The position numbers and the translations under genes are program-made. Source: an uncultured SAR86 cluster bacterium (GTDB lineage Bacteria > Pseudomonadota > Gammaproteobacteria > Magnimaribacterales > D2472). From it: a DNA stretch of 64,000 bases. The stretch covers positions 1,612-65,611 of the forward strand of contig CABYPB010000005.1 of the NCBI GenBank assembly GCA_902520725.1, read 5' to 3'. This document shows, piece after piece, positions 30,817 to 41,010 of the stretch; within the stretch, counting starts at the first letter, position 1; each line of letters starts with the position of its first letter. The notes beneath the pieces are model-generated. The model saw only the letters and a list, made by a program, of their open reading frames with translations. It was not told the origin of the DNA and made no database searches.

Positions 30817-31632
30817 TTATATTTCTATAAGATTTTTATATATATCTCTTTTATTTTGACCTGTTACTAAAGAGATAAGCTTTGCAGCATCGGATGCAGA
30901 TAGTTTTTTTAAAAACTCTTTCTTTGTCTTTTTATCTAAAACAAAATTGTTAGTATTTTTTTGAGTACCTTCTATAACAATTACCATTTCACCTTTTAAT
31001 AAAATTTTTTCTTTTTTTATATCCTCCAGGATCTCTAAAGCACTACCTCTAAAAATTTGTTCATGTAGCTTAGTCATCTCTTTACAAATTGAGACTCTTC
31101 TTGTCTTTCCAAGAACTTTAATTAAATTGGTAATGGTTTTTTCTAATCTTTTTGAAGATTCAAAGAAAATTGCTGTTTTATTATCTTCTTTTATACTTTC
31201 AAAGCATACCTCTTGATCGTTAAGTTTTTTAGGTACAAATCCAAAAAAGGTAAATTTATCTGTTGGGAGTCCTGACATCACTGCTGCACTTATAACAGAT
31301 GAAGGTCCAGGTATAAGAGTATAGTTAATTAATTGTTTTGAGCATTCTTTTATGAGTTTATAACCCGGATCAGATATGGCGGGAGTTCCTGCATCAGATA
31401 TTATGGAAACACTCTTATTATTTTTAATTTGATTTATTATTTCCAGTGTTACTTTGTCCTCATTATGATCATGAAAACTTCTGCAATGTTTTTTAATATT
31501 AATAAAATTCAATAGTTTTTTGGTATTTCTTGTATCTTCAGCATAAAGGAAATCGGATGATCCAATAACATCTATTGCCCTAAGTGATATATCATTTAGA
31601 TTACCTATTGGTGAAGAAATAAAATATAACAT
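30817..31632 (-). CDS. rsmI: 16S rRNA Cm1402 methyltransferase
   Basis: PIGNLNDISLRA, AEDTR, SDAGTPAISDPG, EMTKLHE and KGE motifs. Confidence 0.96.
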   Translation of the reverse strand: MLYFISSPIGNLNDISLRAIDVIGSSDFLYAEDTRNTKKLLNFINIKKHCRSFHDHNEDKVTLEIINQIKNNKSVSIISDAGTPAISDPGYKLIKECSKQLINYTLIPGPSSVISAAVMSGLPTDKFTFFGFVPKKLNDQEVCFESIKEDNKTAIFFESSKRLEKTITNLIKVLGKTRRVSICKEMTKLHEQIFRGSALEILEDIKKEKILLKGEMVIVIEGTQKNTNNFVLDKKTKKEFLKKLSASDAAKLISLVTGQNKRDIYKNLIEI

Positions 31633-31648
31633 TTAATTTTATAAAAAT

Positions 31649-32584
31649 ATGAAGTTTAGCTTAACATTAATGACGCTATGTTCGATGCTTTTCTTAGCCT
31701 CATGTGTTAGTTCAACTAATACTGAAAAGGGAAAAGTGCTTCTTGATTTAGATCTACAAACTTCAAATAAAAATAAAGAAATAATTTTAGAGTATTTATT
31801 AAATGAAAATATTAAATTTTCTATCGATTTTAATAAAAATGATTCGTATCGATTAAGTAATGACTTATTAGAATCTAATTTAAAATATTTTTGTCGCTCT
31901 TTTACTCAGGAGCAGAATGATTTATTAGAGTTAAAGGTATTTGATAAGATTGATAATCTTAATAAAAAAGTATTGATCATTTATTCTAAAGAATTTGAAA
32001 ACCTATCAGAAGATCTCAAAAAAAAATATCCTCAAGAGTTATATTATTTATTAGATGAGAGTGATTACGATAAAGAGGTAAAAAGAATTTTAGAAGTTAA
32101 TAGGAGTATTGATAGACACTTAGATATTTCAAACCTAGATAAAGATTTAGAAATAGATCATTATCCAAGGATAAGAAATGACATATCAAAAATATATTTT
32201 TTGCTTGATTATGATCTAGGTAAAACCATTGTTCCTTTAGTTAAAAACTTTGCATTAAATATTGATTCATATTCGTCAACTCAAATTTTTCATGATGCAA
32301 ATGACTATAAAAAGCTTGCAGATTTTGAGTCTGTTTTTATACCCGTTCAAGATGAAATGATTAAAACAATAGTCGGAGAAAAAGATATTAAGAATATTAA
32401 GAATGAATTTGAAAAAATGTTGATTGCAGACTATTTGCTTCTTGAAAAGGTATATCAAAACAACTTATTTAGACAGGAGATATTTCTAAGAACGACTTCA
32501 GAAAAAATCGCCAAAAATAAGTGTATAAAAAGAAACTTATCTTTTTCTAAAGTTGATTTAGGTGTGCTCTCTAATCTTCTTTAA
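31649..32584 (+). CDS. Lipoprotein, probable truncated LpoA/LppC (PBP1A activator)
   Basis: Lipobox FLASC; divergent from rsmI at the yraM/lpoA position; PRIRNDISKIYF...IVPLV...YSS resembles the LppC PR.R.D.D.I...I.P...YATS region. Confidence 0.6.
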   Translation: MKFSLTLMTLCSMLFLASCVSSTNTEKGKVLLDLDLQTSNKNKEIILEYLLNENIKFSIDFNKNDSYRLSNDLLESNLKYFCRSFTQEQNDLLELKVFDKIDNLNKKVLIIYSKEFENLSEDLKKKYPQELYYLLDESDYDKEVKRILEVNRSIDRHLDISNLDKDLEIDHYPRIRNDISKIYFLLDYDLGKTIVPLVKNFALNIDSYSSTQIFHDANDYKKLADFESVFIPVQDEMIKTIVGEKDIKNIKNEFEKMLIADYLLLEKVYQNNLFRQEIFLRTTSEKIAKNKCIKRNLSFSKVDLGVLSNLL

Positions 32585-33182
32585 GATCTCTTTCAAGAGA
32601 AGATAAGCTATCAAGGAATCCTGGTCTTTCAAATACAGATTTTTGATAATCAAGAAGTGGTTTAAGGTGTCTGTTAATTGGTAACTTTATACCAACTGAA
32701 GGAAGTCTCCACAAGATTGGAGCAAAAAAGCAATCTACAAGAGTAAATTCATCACTCATAAAAAATTTAAATTCTTTAAATGTTGGTGCGATAGATGATA
32801 TTTCATGCAGGAGCTCTTCTCTTACCTTCATAAGATCTTTTTCAGGACTTTTTCCTTCAATTAAAGTATCTATAAGTGGGCACCATTCTCTATCAATTCT
32901 TAACATAAGAGTTCTGCTATTAGCACGAGCAACAGGATAGACAGGTAATAAAGGCGGATGTGGAAATCTTTCATCCAAGTATTCCATCATCACAGCAGGA
33001 TCATGAATAATCAAATCTCTATCCACTAAGATTGGAAGTTTATGATAAGGGCTCATTGATAATATTTCATCTGGTGTTTCGTCCTGTTTAGACTCTTTAA
33101 TTTCTGCAGAAATATCCTTTTCTGCTAAAACAATTCTCACCCTCTGACTGTAATGATCGTCTCTATCTGAATATAAAATCAT
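32571..33182 (-). CDS. sspA: Stringent starvation protein A
   Basis: SQRVRIVLAEK and MEYLDERFPHPPLLPVYPVARA motifs; follows petC. Confidence 0.96.
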   Translation of the reverse strand: MILYSDRDDHYSQRVRIVLAEKDISAEIKESKQDETPDEILSMSPYHKLPILVDRDLIIHDPAVMMEYLDERFPHPPLLPVYPVARANSRTLMLRIDREWCPLIDTLIEGKSPEKDLMKVREELLHEISSIAPTFKEFKFFMSDEFTLVDCFFAPILWRLPSVGIKLPINRHLKPLLDYQKSVFERPGFLDSLSSLERDLKED

Positions 33183-33197
33183 AATTTCCCCAATATG

Positions 33198-34025
33198 TTA
33201 TTTTAAATAGTCCTTATGGTACTCTCGATATAGCAGAGAAGCTAATGCTGTAAATATTAAAAAATAAAATACAACATACCAGCCTATTCTTTCTCTTGTA
33301 GCCTTAATTGGTTCACCGACATAAACTAAGAAGTTTGTTAAATCATATATGAGAGTATCAAATTCTTCCTTTGTCAATTCTCCAGTTCCCTCCTGAACTT
33401 CTAAAAAACCACATTTTTCATTAGTGATTGTATTTCCATTTTCATCTCTCTTTTCACCGCCATTATTTGCAATTACAGGAACACTTTTACAGACCAACCT
33501 TTGATTGCCTTGAAGTGAAAGAAGAACGTTTGGCATTGCAGTACCAGGATAAACAAGATTGTTAACACCATATTGTTTTGAAGAGTCTTCATAATAAGCT
33601 CTAAGGTAAGAATATATCCAATCATCTCCCTTGTATCTTGACACTAGTGTTAAATCGGGCGGAGCAACGCCAAACCAATTTACTGAGTTATCTGACATTG
33701 CGCCAGTCATTAAATCACCAGGCTTGATAGACTTATCAAACACTAAATTTTCAAAAAAAATGTCTTCAGGAATCTGTAAATCTTTAGCAACTCTGCCCCA
33801 TCTTGAATATTTTAGAGAATGGCAGCCATAACAATAATTAATATATGTTGAAGCTCCTCGTTGCAGTGACTCCATGTCATTGAGAGAGTATTTGAATTTA
33901 TCACAATCTCCATAATCTTTGCATGGCCCGCCTTCAGCAGCATCGATATTATTTATAAAAAATATAGTTAATAGAAAGCTTAAAAAAGTTAAAAATCGTG
34001 TTCTCTTACATAAACTTTTTATCAT
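33198..34025 (-). CDS. petC: Cytochrome c1
   Basis: CYGCH heme motif, PPDL, MPNVL and C-terminal TM. Confidence 0.96.
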   Translation of the reverse strand: MIKSLCKRTRFLTFLSFLLTIFFINNIDAAEGGPCKDYGDCDKFKYSLNDMESLQRGASTYINYCYGCHSLKYSRWGRVAKDLQIPEDIFFENLVFDKSIKPGDLMTGAMSDNSVNWFGVAPPDLTLVSRYKGDDWIYSYLRAYYEDSSKQYGVNNLVYPGTAMPNVLLSLQGNQRLVCKSVPVIANNGGEKRDENGNTITNEKCGFLEVQEGTGELTKEEFDTLIYDLTNFLVYVGEPIKATRERIGWYVVFYFLIFTALASLLYREYHKDYLK

Positions 34026-35239
34026 AATCGCTTAGGTACTTGTTTTGTTTTTTCATATTTTGTATAAACGGGCATTAATAAAAAAAATGCGAAATAAATC
34101 ACGGTACAAATTACACTCATAGTTTTTCTAACTTCTGTAACACCAACTGTTCCTAGGTATCCTAATGTAAGGAAGCTTACTCCAAATAGAACAAGAGCAA
34201 TTTTACTGTATATTCCCTTATATCTTATTGATGCAACATTGCTTCGATCCAACCATGGAACTACAAAAAATATTGCCACAGCAGAACCCATTACAATAAG
34301 GCCACCTAATGGATCTGGAACTGCTCTTAACATTGTAAAGAATGGAGCATAGTACCAAACAGGAGCAATATGGTCTGGTGTTACTAATGGATTAGCTTCT
34401 TGGAAATTAGCCATTTCTATGAAATAGCCGCCTCCCTCAGGAAAGAAAAACATTATGATTGCAAAAACAGTCATAAAAACTCCTATTCCAACAAGAGCAT
34501 TTAAAACTTTGTAAGGAAAAAATGGAACACTGTCTAGAGGGACCCCATCATCATCAAGAAATTCCTCAATATCTACACCTTCCGGATTTCCAGCACCAAC
34601 TTCATGTAATGCTACTAAGTGTAAAAAAACTAAAGCTATTAGAACAAGAGGTAAAGCAACTACGTGAAGTGCAAAAAATCTTGAGACTGTAATGCCCGAG
34701 ATATAGTAATCACCTCTTACCCACAACTCTAGAGATTCACCAATGTAAGGTATGGCTCCAAATAAAGAAATAATAACTTGTGCTCCCCAATATGACATTT
34801 GGCCATATGGGAGGACATAGCCAAGAAACCCTTCTGCCATCATAGCAAGATATATTGTGCAACCGAATATCCAAACCAACTCTTTTGGTTTTTGATATGA
34901 GCCATAAAGGAGGCCTCTGAACATATGCAAATATACAACTGCGAAAAACATTGAAGCCCCTGTTGTATGTATATATCTTATAACCCATCCATAATCGACA
35001 TCTCGCATTATGTATTCGATTGAAGAAAATGCTTCTTCTTCTGTATTTGAATATGGCATTATTAACCATATACCTGAAACAATTTGTATAATTAAAACCA
35101 CTGAGGCAAGAGCTCCAAAAAGATACCAAAAATTTACCTTTGATGGAACAGGATGCTTTGAAAGATGTCTTTCAAAAGTATTTACAATAGGTAGTCTGTC
35201 GTTTACCCAAGAGAATAATTTACCTGCAATTTCACTCAT
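34022..35239 (-). CDS. petB: Cytochrome b
   Basis: RYIHTTGAS, LHMFRGL, GQMSYWGA, RFFALH and PVWY (PEWY-equivalent) motifs. Confidence 0.98.
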   Translation of the reverse strand: MSEIAGKLFSWVNDRLPIVNTFERHLSKHPVPSKVNFWYLFGALASVVLIIQIVSGIWLIMPYSNTEEEAFSSIEYIMRDVDYGWVIRYIHTTGASMFFAVVYLHMFRGLLYGSYQKPKELVWIFGCTIYLAMMAEGFLGYVLPYGQMSYWGAQVIISLFGAIPYIGESLELWVRGDYYISGITVSRFFALHVVALPLVLIALVFLHLVALHEVGAGNPEGVDIEEFLDDDGVPLDSVPFFPYKVLNALVGIGVFMTVFAIIMFFFPEGGGYFIEMANFQEANPLVTPDHIAPVWYYAPFFTMLRAVPDPLGGLIVMGSAVAIFFVVPWLDRSNVASIRYKGIYSKIALVLFGVSFLTLGYLGTVGVTEVRKTMSVICTVIYFAFFLLMPVYTKYEKTKQVPKRL

Positions 35240-35821
35240 TTATAACTCCTTATCCTCTCCTATAGTTAATATACTTCCTTCAAACATATGAGGAGGTACG
35301 ATTAGATTAGTAGGCGCTGGAACACCTTTAAAAACTCTTCCTACAATATCAAACATTGAGCCATGACATGGACAAAAAAAACCTCCACTCCATGTTGCAT
35401 CCCATGATTTAGGTTCAACTTCAGGAAAATATTTTGGAGCGCAGCCTAAATGGGTGCATACTCCAGACATTACCGAATATTCTGAACTTTTGGATCTCGT
35501 AGGGAATAAGCCTTTGTATGGTTCAGAAATAAGATCAGAATTTGGATCAGCTAATTTTGGTAAGGTAAGTTGCAAACTCGCTAGACTTTCTTTGGTATGT
35601 CTAATAATAAATACCGGTTGCTTTCTCCATGATACTTGTATTTGCTGGCCAAACTGCATTTTTGAAACATCTAACTTTACAGGTGCTCCAGCTGCCTTAG
35701 CCTTAGCGCTCGGATTCCAAGCAGCAATAAATGGAGTTGCAGCAAATGGTAAGCCCGATAAGCCTACTGCACTTGTTAGGCCAATTAAAACTTTTCTTCT
35801 GGTTTTATCTTTATCTTGCAT
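35240..35821 (-). CDS. petA: Ubiquinol-cytochrome c reductase Rieske subunit
   Basis: Tat RR signal; CTHLGC and CPCHGS motifs. Confidence 0.98.
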   Translation of the reverse strand: MQDKDKTRRKVLIGLTSAVGLSGLPFAATPFIAAWNPSAKAKAAGAPVKLDVSKMQFGQQIQVSWRKQPVFIIRHTKESLASLQLTLPKLADPNSDLISEPYKGLFPTRSKSSEYSVMSGVCTHLGCAPKYFPEVEPKSWDATWSGGFFCPCHGSMFDIVGRVFKGVPAPTNLIVPPHMFEGSILTIGEDKEL

Positions 35822-35852
35822 TTAGGTTGTGTGCGACTAAAATCAATCCGAA

Positions 35853-35861
35853 ATTATAACA
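35853..35861 (-). promoter_or_regulatory. Putative extended -10 promoter (TG-T-TATAAT) for petABC-sspA
   Basis: Minus strand TGTTATAAT about 32 bp upstream of petA; the AT-rich background lowers confidence. Confidence 0.45.
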
Positions 35862-35920
35862 TAATTTAGTAATATAAAATTCACTTATAATTGAAAATAA
35901 GTTAGTAAAAATTAAGAAAC

Positions 35921-36313
35921 TTATCTTTTTGAGAACTGTTTACTTTTTCTTGCTTTTACAAGCCCAGGTTTCTTTCTTTCGACTCTTCTTGGGTCTCTTG
36001 TTAAAAGTCCAGCTTTTTTTAATTGAGGTCTAGCCTCTTCATCAAACATTGTTAATGCTCTTGAAATGCCATGTCTTATTGCTCCTGCTTGGCCAAAGCT
36101 TCCACCACCCTTAACCTTTATATTGACATCTATTTTTTTGGATAGATCTAAAAGCTCTAAGGGTTGCATTACAAGCATTTGAGCAACTTTCCTTCCGAAA
36201 TACTCATCTAACTTTTTGTTATTTACAACAATTTCACCTTTGCCTTTTTTTAAGTAAACTCTAGCAGAAGATGTTTTTCTTCTACCTGTTGCGTAATGTG
36301 TTTCTGTGCTCAT
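35921..36313 (-). CDS. rpsI: 30S ribosomal protein S9
   Basis: [20 protein letters not shown] and C-terminal QFSKR. Confidence 0.99.
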   Translation of the reverse strand: MSTETHYATGRRKTSSARVYLKKGKGEIVVNNKKLDEYFGRKVAQMLVMQPLELLDLSKKIDVNIKVKGGGSFGQAGAIRHGISRALTMFDEEARPQLKKAGLLTRDPRRVERKKPGLVKARKSKQFSKR

Positions 36314-36316
36314 TAG

Positions 36317-36748
36317 TTAGCTTATCTTCCATTCAGTGGGTTGTTGTGATTCATGATCATGATTTGGGCCTTTAAAAACTTTAAGTTTTTTAATCATAGA
36401 TTTACCTAACTTATTTTTAGGCAGCATACCTTTAACAGCTTCTTCAATAATTCTTTCAGGATTTTTACTATTTAATTCTTGGAACGTTTGAGTTTTAAGG
36501 CCACCAGGATATAAAGAGTGTTTATAATATTTTTTATTTGTAAACTTTGAGCCAGTAACTTTAATTTTTTCTGCATTTACAACAATTACATAATCTCCTC
36601 CATCAGTGTGAGGTGTGAATGTGGGCTTATCTTTGCCTCTTATCCTATCAGCAATTTTAGTAGCTACCCTGCCCAATATTCGATCAGAAACGTCTAATAC
36701 AAACCAGTTTCTTTCGACTTCTTCTTTTTTAAGTGAATAAGTTTTCAT
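36317..36748 (-). CDS. rplM: 50S ribosomal protein L13
   Basis: WFVLD, LGRVAT, KPTFTPH.DGGD and AVKGMLPKN motifs; ATG 36754 is an alternative start. Confidence 0.99.
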   Translation of the reverse strand: MKTYSLKKEEVERNWFVLDVSDRILGRVATKIADRIRGKDKPTFTPHTDGGDYVIVVNAEKIKVTGSKFTNKKYYKHSLYPGGLKTQTFQELNSKNPERIIEEAVKGMLPKNKLGKSMIKKLKVFKGPNHDHESQQPTEWKIS

Positions 36749-36769
36749 AATCATTTAATTTGAGTGAGA

Positions 36770-36798
36770 ATATTAATGTTTACAAGTAAATATAGCAA
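36770..36798 (-). promoter_or_regulatory. Putative sigma70 promoter for rplM-rpsI
   Basis: TTGCTA (36798-36793), 17-bp spacer, TAATAT (36775-36770). Confidence 0.5.
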
Positions 36799-36816
36799 TA
36801 TTTATATGCATTTTTA

Positions 36817-37872
36817 TTAATTATTATCATTTGTTAAATACTCATACATTTGCATCTCAGATAATCTGCTAGCACACCTAACCCATAAAAATTCTAATTT
36901 AGCACCTGTATAGATTGAATCTATATCAATATCATTGAAAAAAAATTTAATTTTACTTTTTCTGGTATAAAGAATATCTATAAATGAAATAAATCTTCGT
37001 ATTATGTCGGCTGAGTCATCATCACATTCATAGAAGTTGCTGATAAAAATCCAATCATATCTATTTGAAATTTCTTTGTAATCTTTGGAGTTTGTAGGTT
37101 CTTTAAAAAAACTCAAAAAGTCAATCCATAAAAAATTATTTGATGAAATTTTACATTTAAATTTTCTATTATTTATTTGCACTTCACTAGTGTGATCATC
37201 TGAAAATGCAAAATTGTTTTTTAAGAATTTAGTAATATGATTGTCGGTATAAGTATTTTTTTTATCATTATCTAATTCAATTATATTTCTAGTTCTATAA
37301 TCAATACCGCTATCAAGCTTAAAGATGTCTAATTTTTCAACACATTCATGCATAGATTTGATAAATTTTTGTCTTTGTAACCCGTCTTTATATAAATCAT
37401 TTGGGTGCGCATTAGATGTAAGAATAACCTTTACTCCAGAGTCTAAAATTTCTTTCAAAAGATTTGAAATAATCATTGCATCTGCAACATCTTCTACCTG
37501 AAATTCGTCAATAAAGATTAAATTGCATTCCTTTATAAGGCTTTTTAAAACATGTCTAAGGGGATTGCTTAGACCTGAAAAATTATTGAGCTGATTGTGA
37601 ACAGTATTCATAAAGTCAATATAGTGGAAGGTCTTTAATGAATTTTGTTTGAGTTGTTTTAAATATTCATTAACTATCAATGTTTTACCTCTTCCAACAT
37701 CTCCCCATACATAAATACCTAAATTTTTATTTCCTGAGAGTTTGTTAATTACATTAAACATTCTTTTATTTAGAGTTATTTTAGATAATCTATTTATGAG
37801 TTGTAACTGTGCTGAATCTGCTTTTATACCTTGGTTTTTAAGGGCATCAATGATATTTTGAGTAGTTGACAT
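36817..37872 (-). CDS. zapE: AFG1/ZapE family ATPase
   Basis: GIYVWGDVGRGKT, FIDEFQVEDVADAM, TSN..P..LYKDGLQR and RCASRLSEMQ motifs. Confidence 0.92.
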   Translation of the reverse strand: MSTTQNIIDALKNQGIKADSAQLQLINRLSKITLNKRMFNVINKLSGNKNLGIYVWGDVGRGKTLIVNEYLKQLKQNSLKTFHYIDFMNTVHNQLNNFSGLSNPLRHVLKSLIKECNLIFIDEFQVEDVADAMIISNLLKEILDSGVKVILTSNAHPNDLYKDGLQRQKFIKSMHECVEKLDIFKLDSGIDYRTRNIIELDNDKKNTYTDNHITKFLKNNFAFSDDHTSEVQINNRKFKCKISSNNFLWIDFLSFFKEPTNSKDYKEISNRYDWIFISNFYECDDDSADIIRRFISFIDILYTRKSKIKFFFNDIDIDSIYTGAKLEFLWVRCASRLSEMQMYEYLTNDNN

Positions 37873-37873
37873 T

Positions 37874-38863
37874 ATGAAAATTTTTCAAACATACACATTA
37901 AATTATATATTAATTATATTATTAGCTTTTGTAGCCTCATGGTACTTCATATCCAATGAAAAAAACAAATTAGTAAGTGCCTCAAAAAAATCAATAGAAT
38001 CAGTGGTAACGATATCTTCAAGTAATAACTTAATTAATACGAGAGAAAAAAATGGAATAGGTTCTGGAGTAATATTTTCTGAAGATGGTTATATCGTCAC
38101 AAATTTACATATTCTTTCTGGAAATCAAGTAAATGTTAGGCTAAATAACGGAAAAAACTATCAAGCTACAATTATTGGCATTGATAAAAATACAGACATT
38201 GCCGTGCTAAAAATTACATCAAATGATAAATTGAATTCTATAGATATAGCTGATTCTGAAAATCTTAGAATTGGAGACAGAGTTCTTGCTATTGGAAACC
38301 CATATGGAATTGGTATATCAGTTTCTAATGGCATCATTAGTGCCACTGGGAGAGATTATGGAAATCCTTATCTACAACTCATTCAAACTGATGCGGCAAT
38401 TAATCCTGGTAACTCTGGAGGAGCTCTAATAAATGAGAACGGTAATCTAATTGGTATAAACTCAAAAATATTTTCAAAAACAGGTGCTTATCAAGGCATA
38501 GGCTTTGCAATTCCATCTAATCTTATTGTTCAAATTGCTTCTGAACTTATTCAATATGGAAAAATTAGAACAACTTGGATAGGTGATTTTAGGGTTATCA
38601 GAATTAGAGTTAATTTTGAAAATAAAATTGTAAATGCTTTGAGAATAGTTGAGATGGGTAAATTTGGACCCTTATTCGAGCAAGGAGTTAGAGCGGACGA
38701 CATTATCATTGAAATTAATGAGAATGAAGGAACATGGATAAACCTTACTGAATCATTAAGATTTGCCGGTCTTGGAAATGATATTAAACTTCGATTATTT
38801 TCAAAGAATGGTGAGGAAAAACTTATTGAAATAACTCCAGACCAAACAAAAAGAATTAACTAG
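37874..38863 (+). CDS. degS: HtrA-family serine protease with PDZ domain (DegS/AlgW-like)
   Basis: N-terminal TM; GSGVI, TNLH, DIAVL and QTDAAINPGNSGG motifs; one PDZ; convergent with murA as in other gammaproteobacteria. Confidence 0.85.
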   Translation: MKIFQTYTLNYILIILLAFVASWYFISNEKNKLVSASKKSIESVVTISSSNNLINTREKNGIGSGVIFSEDGYIVTNLHILSGNQVNVRLNNGKNYQATIIGIDKNTDIAVLKITSNDKLNSIDIADSENLRIGDRVLAIGNPYGIGISVSNGIISATGRDYGNPYLQLIQTDAAINPGNSGGALINENGNLIGINSKIFSKTGAYQGIGFAIPSNLIVQIASELIQYGKIRTTWIGDFRVIRIRVNFENKIVNALRIVEMGKFGPLFEQGVRADDIIIEINENEGTWINLTESLRFAGLGNDIKLRLFSKNGEEKLIEITPDQTKRIN

Positions 38864-40115
38864 GAAGTCTTGTTATGTTAGCTCCTAAGTAATTTAGTTT
38901 TTCCTCTATGCGCTCATAGCCTCTATCTATATGGTAAATTCTATCTACAACTGTTTCTCCTTTAGCGCAAAGCCCTGCAAGAATAAGACTAGCTGATGCC
39001 CTAAGATCTGTTGCCATTACTTCAGCACCATAAATAGATGAAACTCCATTAATAATTGCATGATTGCCTTGAACTGCAATATCACACCCCATTCTGTTTA
39101 ATTCAAGAATATGCATAAATCTATTTTCAAATACAGTTTCATATATATTTGATCTTCCTGTTGATATGGCATTGATGACTGAAAATTGAGCTTGCATATC
39201 AGTTGGAAATTCTGGGAAAGGAGCAGTTGTTATATCTACTGGTTTTGGTCTATCTCTTGTCATTGATATTGATATTGAATTTTCATCATAAATTATACTG
39301 GCACCAGCATCCTCTAATTTATAAATCACCTTCATTAGTCTTTTTGGGTTAATACCATCAATTTTTATATTGCCATTTGTAACAGCAGCAGCAGCAAGAT
39401 AAGTGCCAGCTTCAATTCTATCAGCTGGTATTGAGTATTCTGTTCCTTTAAGACTTTCAACACCTTCAATTGTGATTTTATCAGTTCCAGCACCACTGAC
39501 TTTTGCGCCCATTGAATTTAACATATCTGCTAAATCAATAATTTCAGGCTCCTTTGCAACATTTGTAAGTGAAGTTGTTCCACTTGCAAGAGTTGCTGCC
39601 ATAATTAAATTTTCTGTTCCAGTAACCGTAATTCCACCAAACCTAATATTATTTCCAATTAATTTTTTTGCAGATGCTTCTATGTAACCATTTTTTAATA
39701 CTATTTGTGCTCCCATCTGTTTTAAAGCATCTAAATGATAGTTAACTGGCCGTGTGCCTATTGCACAACCTCCTGGAAGTGCGATTCTTGCCTTACCATA
39801 TTTTGCTAGGAGAGGTCCAAGGACCAAAATTGATGCTCTCATAGTTTTTACAAGTTCATATCTTGCCTCAATGTCTTTTAGATTGCATGAACTTATCGTA
39901 AAGTCCATATTTTCATCAAGAAGTATTTCAGAACCCATAGATCCAAGTAATTCAAAAATTGTTGTGATGTCCTGTAAATATGGAAGATTTTTTAAGGTAA
40001 TTTTTTCATCACATAAGATGGTGGCTGCAATCATTGGCAGCGCAGCATTTTTTGCTCCCGAGCATTTAATGTTCCCTGATAAAGTGCTTCCACCTTTTAT
40101 TAGTAGCTTTTCCAT
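38856..40115 (-). CDS. murA: UDP-GlcNAc enolpyruvyl transferase
   Basis: SGAKNAALP, LPGGCAIGTRP (active Cys), FPTDMQ and HIDRGY motifs. Confidence 0.99.
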   Translation of the reverse strand: MEKLLIKGGSTLSGNIKCSGAKNAALPMIAATILCDEKITLKNLPYLQDITTIFELLGSMGSEILLDENMDFTISSCNLKDIEARYELVKTMRASILVLGPLLAKYGKARIALPGGCAIGTRPVNYHLDALKQMGAQIVLKNGYIEASAKKLIGNNIRFGGITVTGTENLIMAATLASGTTSLTNVAKEPEIIDLADMLNSMGAKVSGAGTDKITIEGVESLKGTEYSIPADRIEAGTYLAAAAVTNGNIKIDGINPKRLMKVIYKLEDAGASIIYDENSISISMTRDRPKPVDITTAPFPEFPTDMQAQFSVINAISTGRSNIYETVFENRFMHILELNRMGCDIAVQGNHAIINGVSSIYGAEVMATDLRASASLILAGLCAKGETVVDRIYHIDRGYERIEEKLNYLGANITRLPS

Positions 40116-40121
40116 AATTAA

Positions 40122-40337
40122 CTATATCGTTTTAGTTTCTAAGCTTAAAGCGTGAAGTTCGCCAGATTTAAATTTACTCTCGAGTAATTTCATTACAGTT
40201 CTGTGCTGTACTATTAGTGGCATATCACTAAATATTTTTGAAGTAACAACAAGGCGAAGGTTGCAAGAATCTCCATCGAATTCGCAAATTGCGTCAGGTA
40301 TGCTCTCAATAATTATTTTTTCAATATTTTCTTTCAT
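40122..40337 (-). CDS. BolA/IbaG family protein
   Basis: VVTSKIF...QHRTV...GELHALSL; directly upstream of murA; start refined to ATG 40337. Confidence 0.85.
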   Translation of the reverse strand: MKENIEKIIIESIPDAICEFDGDSCNLRLVVTSKIFSDMPLIVQHRTVMKLLESKFKSGELHALSLETKTI

Positions 40338-40338
40338 A

Positions 40339-40965
40339 TTAAGAAATACCAGCGTCTCCAGCATCAGAAACCCAATTCTTTAAAGTGGTCTCGATATCCT
40401 CTTCATGTGAAACTGCCAAAGCTTGAAATTGATTTCTAAAAGTAAGACCCAAATTAACGCCATTAATTATTATATTTACGATTTTCCAACCTTCATTGGA
40501 TTTTCTAAGCTTATAGGATATAGGGTATTTGCTGCTTCCCGTATCGAGGGTTTGTCTTACTTCGACGCTTATAATTTCTTTATTTAAATTGCTTTTGGGA
40601 AATTCTGTTGATATCAACGAATCGCCCCATTGAGCAAGTGTTTCAGCGTATGTATCTAGTAAAGAATCTTTAAAAATATTGACGAATTCAGCTCTTTCAT
40701 CTTCTGATGCCATTAAATAATATTTTTTACCCATAACGCTTGCAGCAACTCTTCTAAAATCAATCATTGGCTCAAAAATTTCTTTTATTTTGTTTTCATA
40801 TAATTCTCTATCACTCTCAAATAAATCAAAATTTTCAGTCAATACTTGTACCATCTTTTGTGCATTTGAATCTATAAATAAGTAAGGATCCTCATCTGAC
40901 CAGGAAAATGTAGAAATATTTAAAATAAAGAAAAAAAAGAAATAATTTTTAAGAGCATGCAACAT
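40339..40965 (-). CDS. mlaC: Phospholipid-binding periplasmic protein MlaC/Ttg2D
   Basis: Signal peptide; IDFRRVAASVMG and WKIVNIIINGVNLGLTFRNQF motifs. Confidence 0.88.
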   Translation of the reverse strand: MLHALKNYFFFFFILNISTFSWSDEDPYLFIDSNAQKMVQVLTENFDLFESDRELYENKIKEIFEPMIDFRRVAASVMGKKYYLMASEDERAEFVNIFKDSLLDTYAETLAQWGDSLISTEFPKSNLNKEIISVEVRQTLDTGSSKYPISYKLRKSNEGWKIVNIIINGVNLGLTFRNQFQALAVSHEEDIETTLKNWVSDAGDAGIS

Positions 40966-41010
40966 TGGTCTATTATACCATTTAGGTATGTATTAATTTT
41001 TAAAATTATT

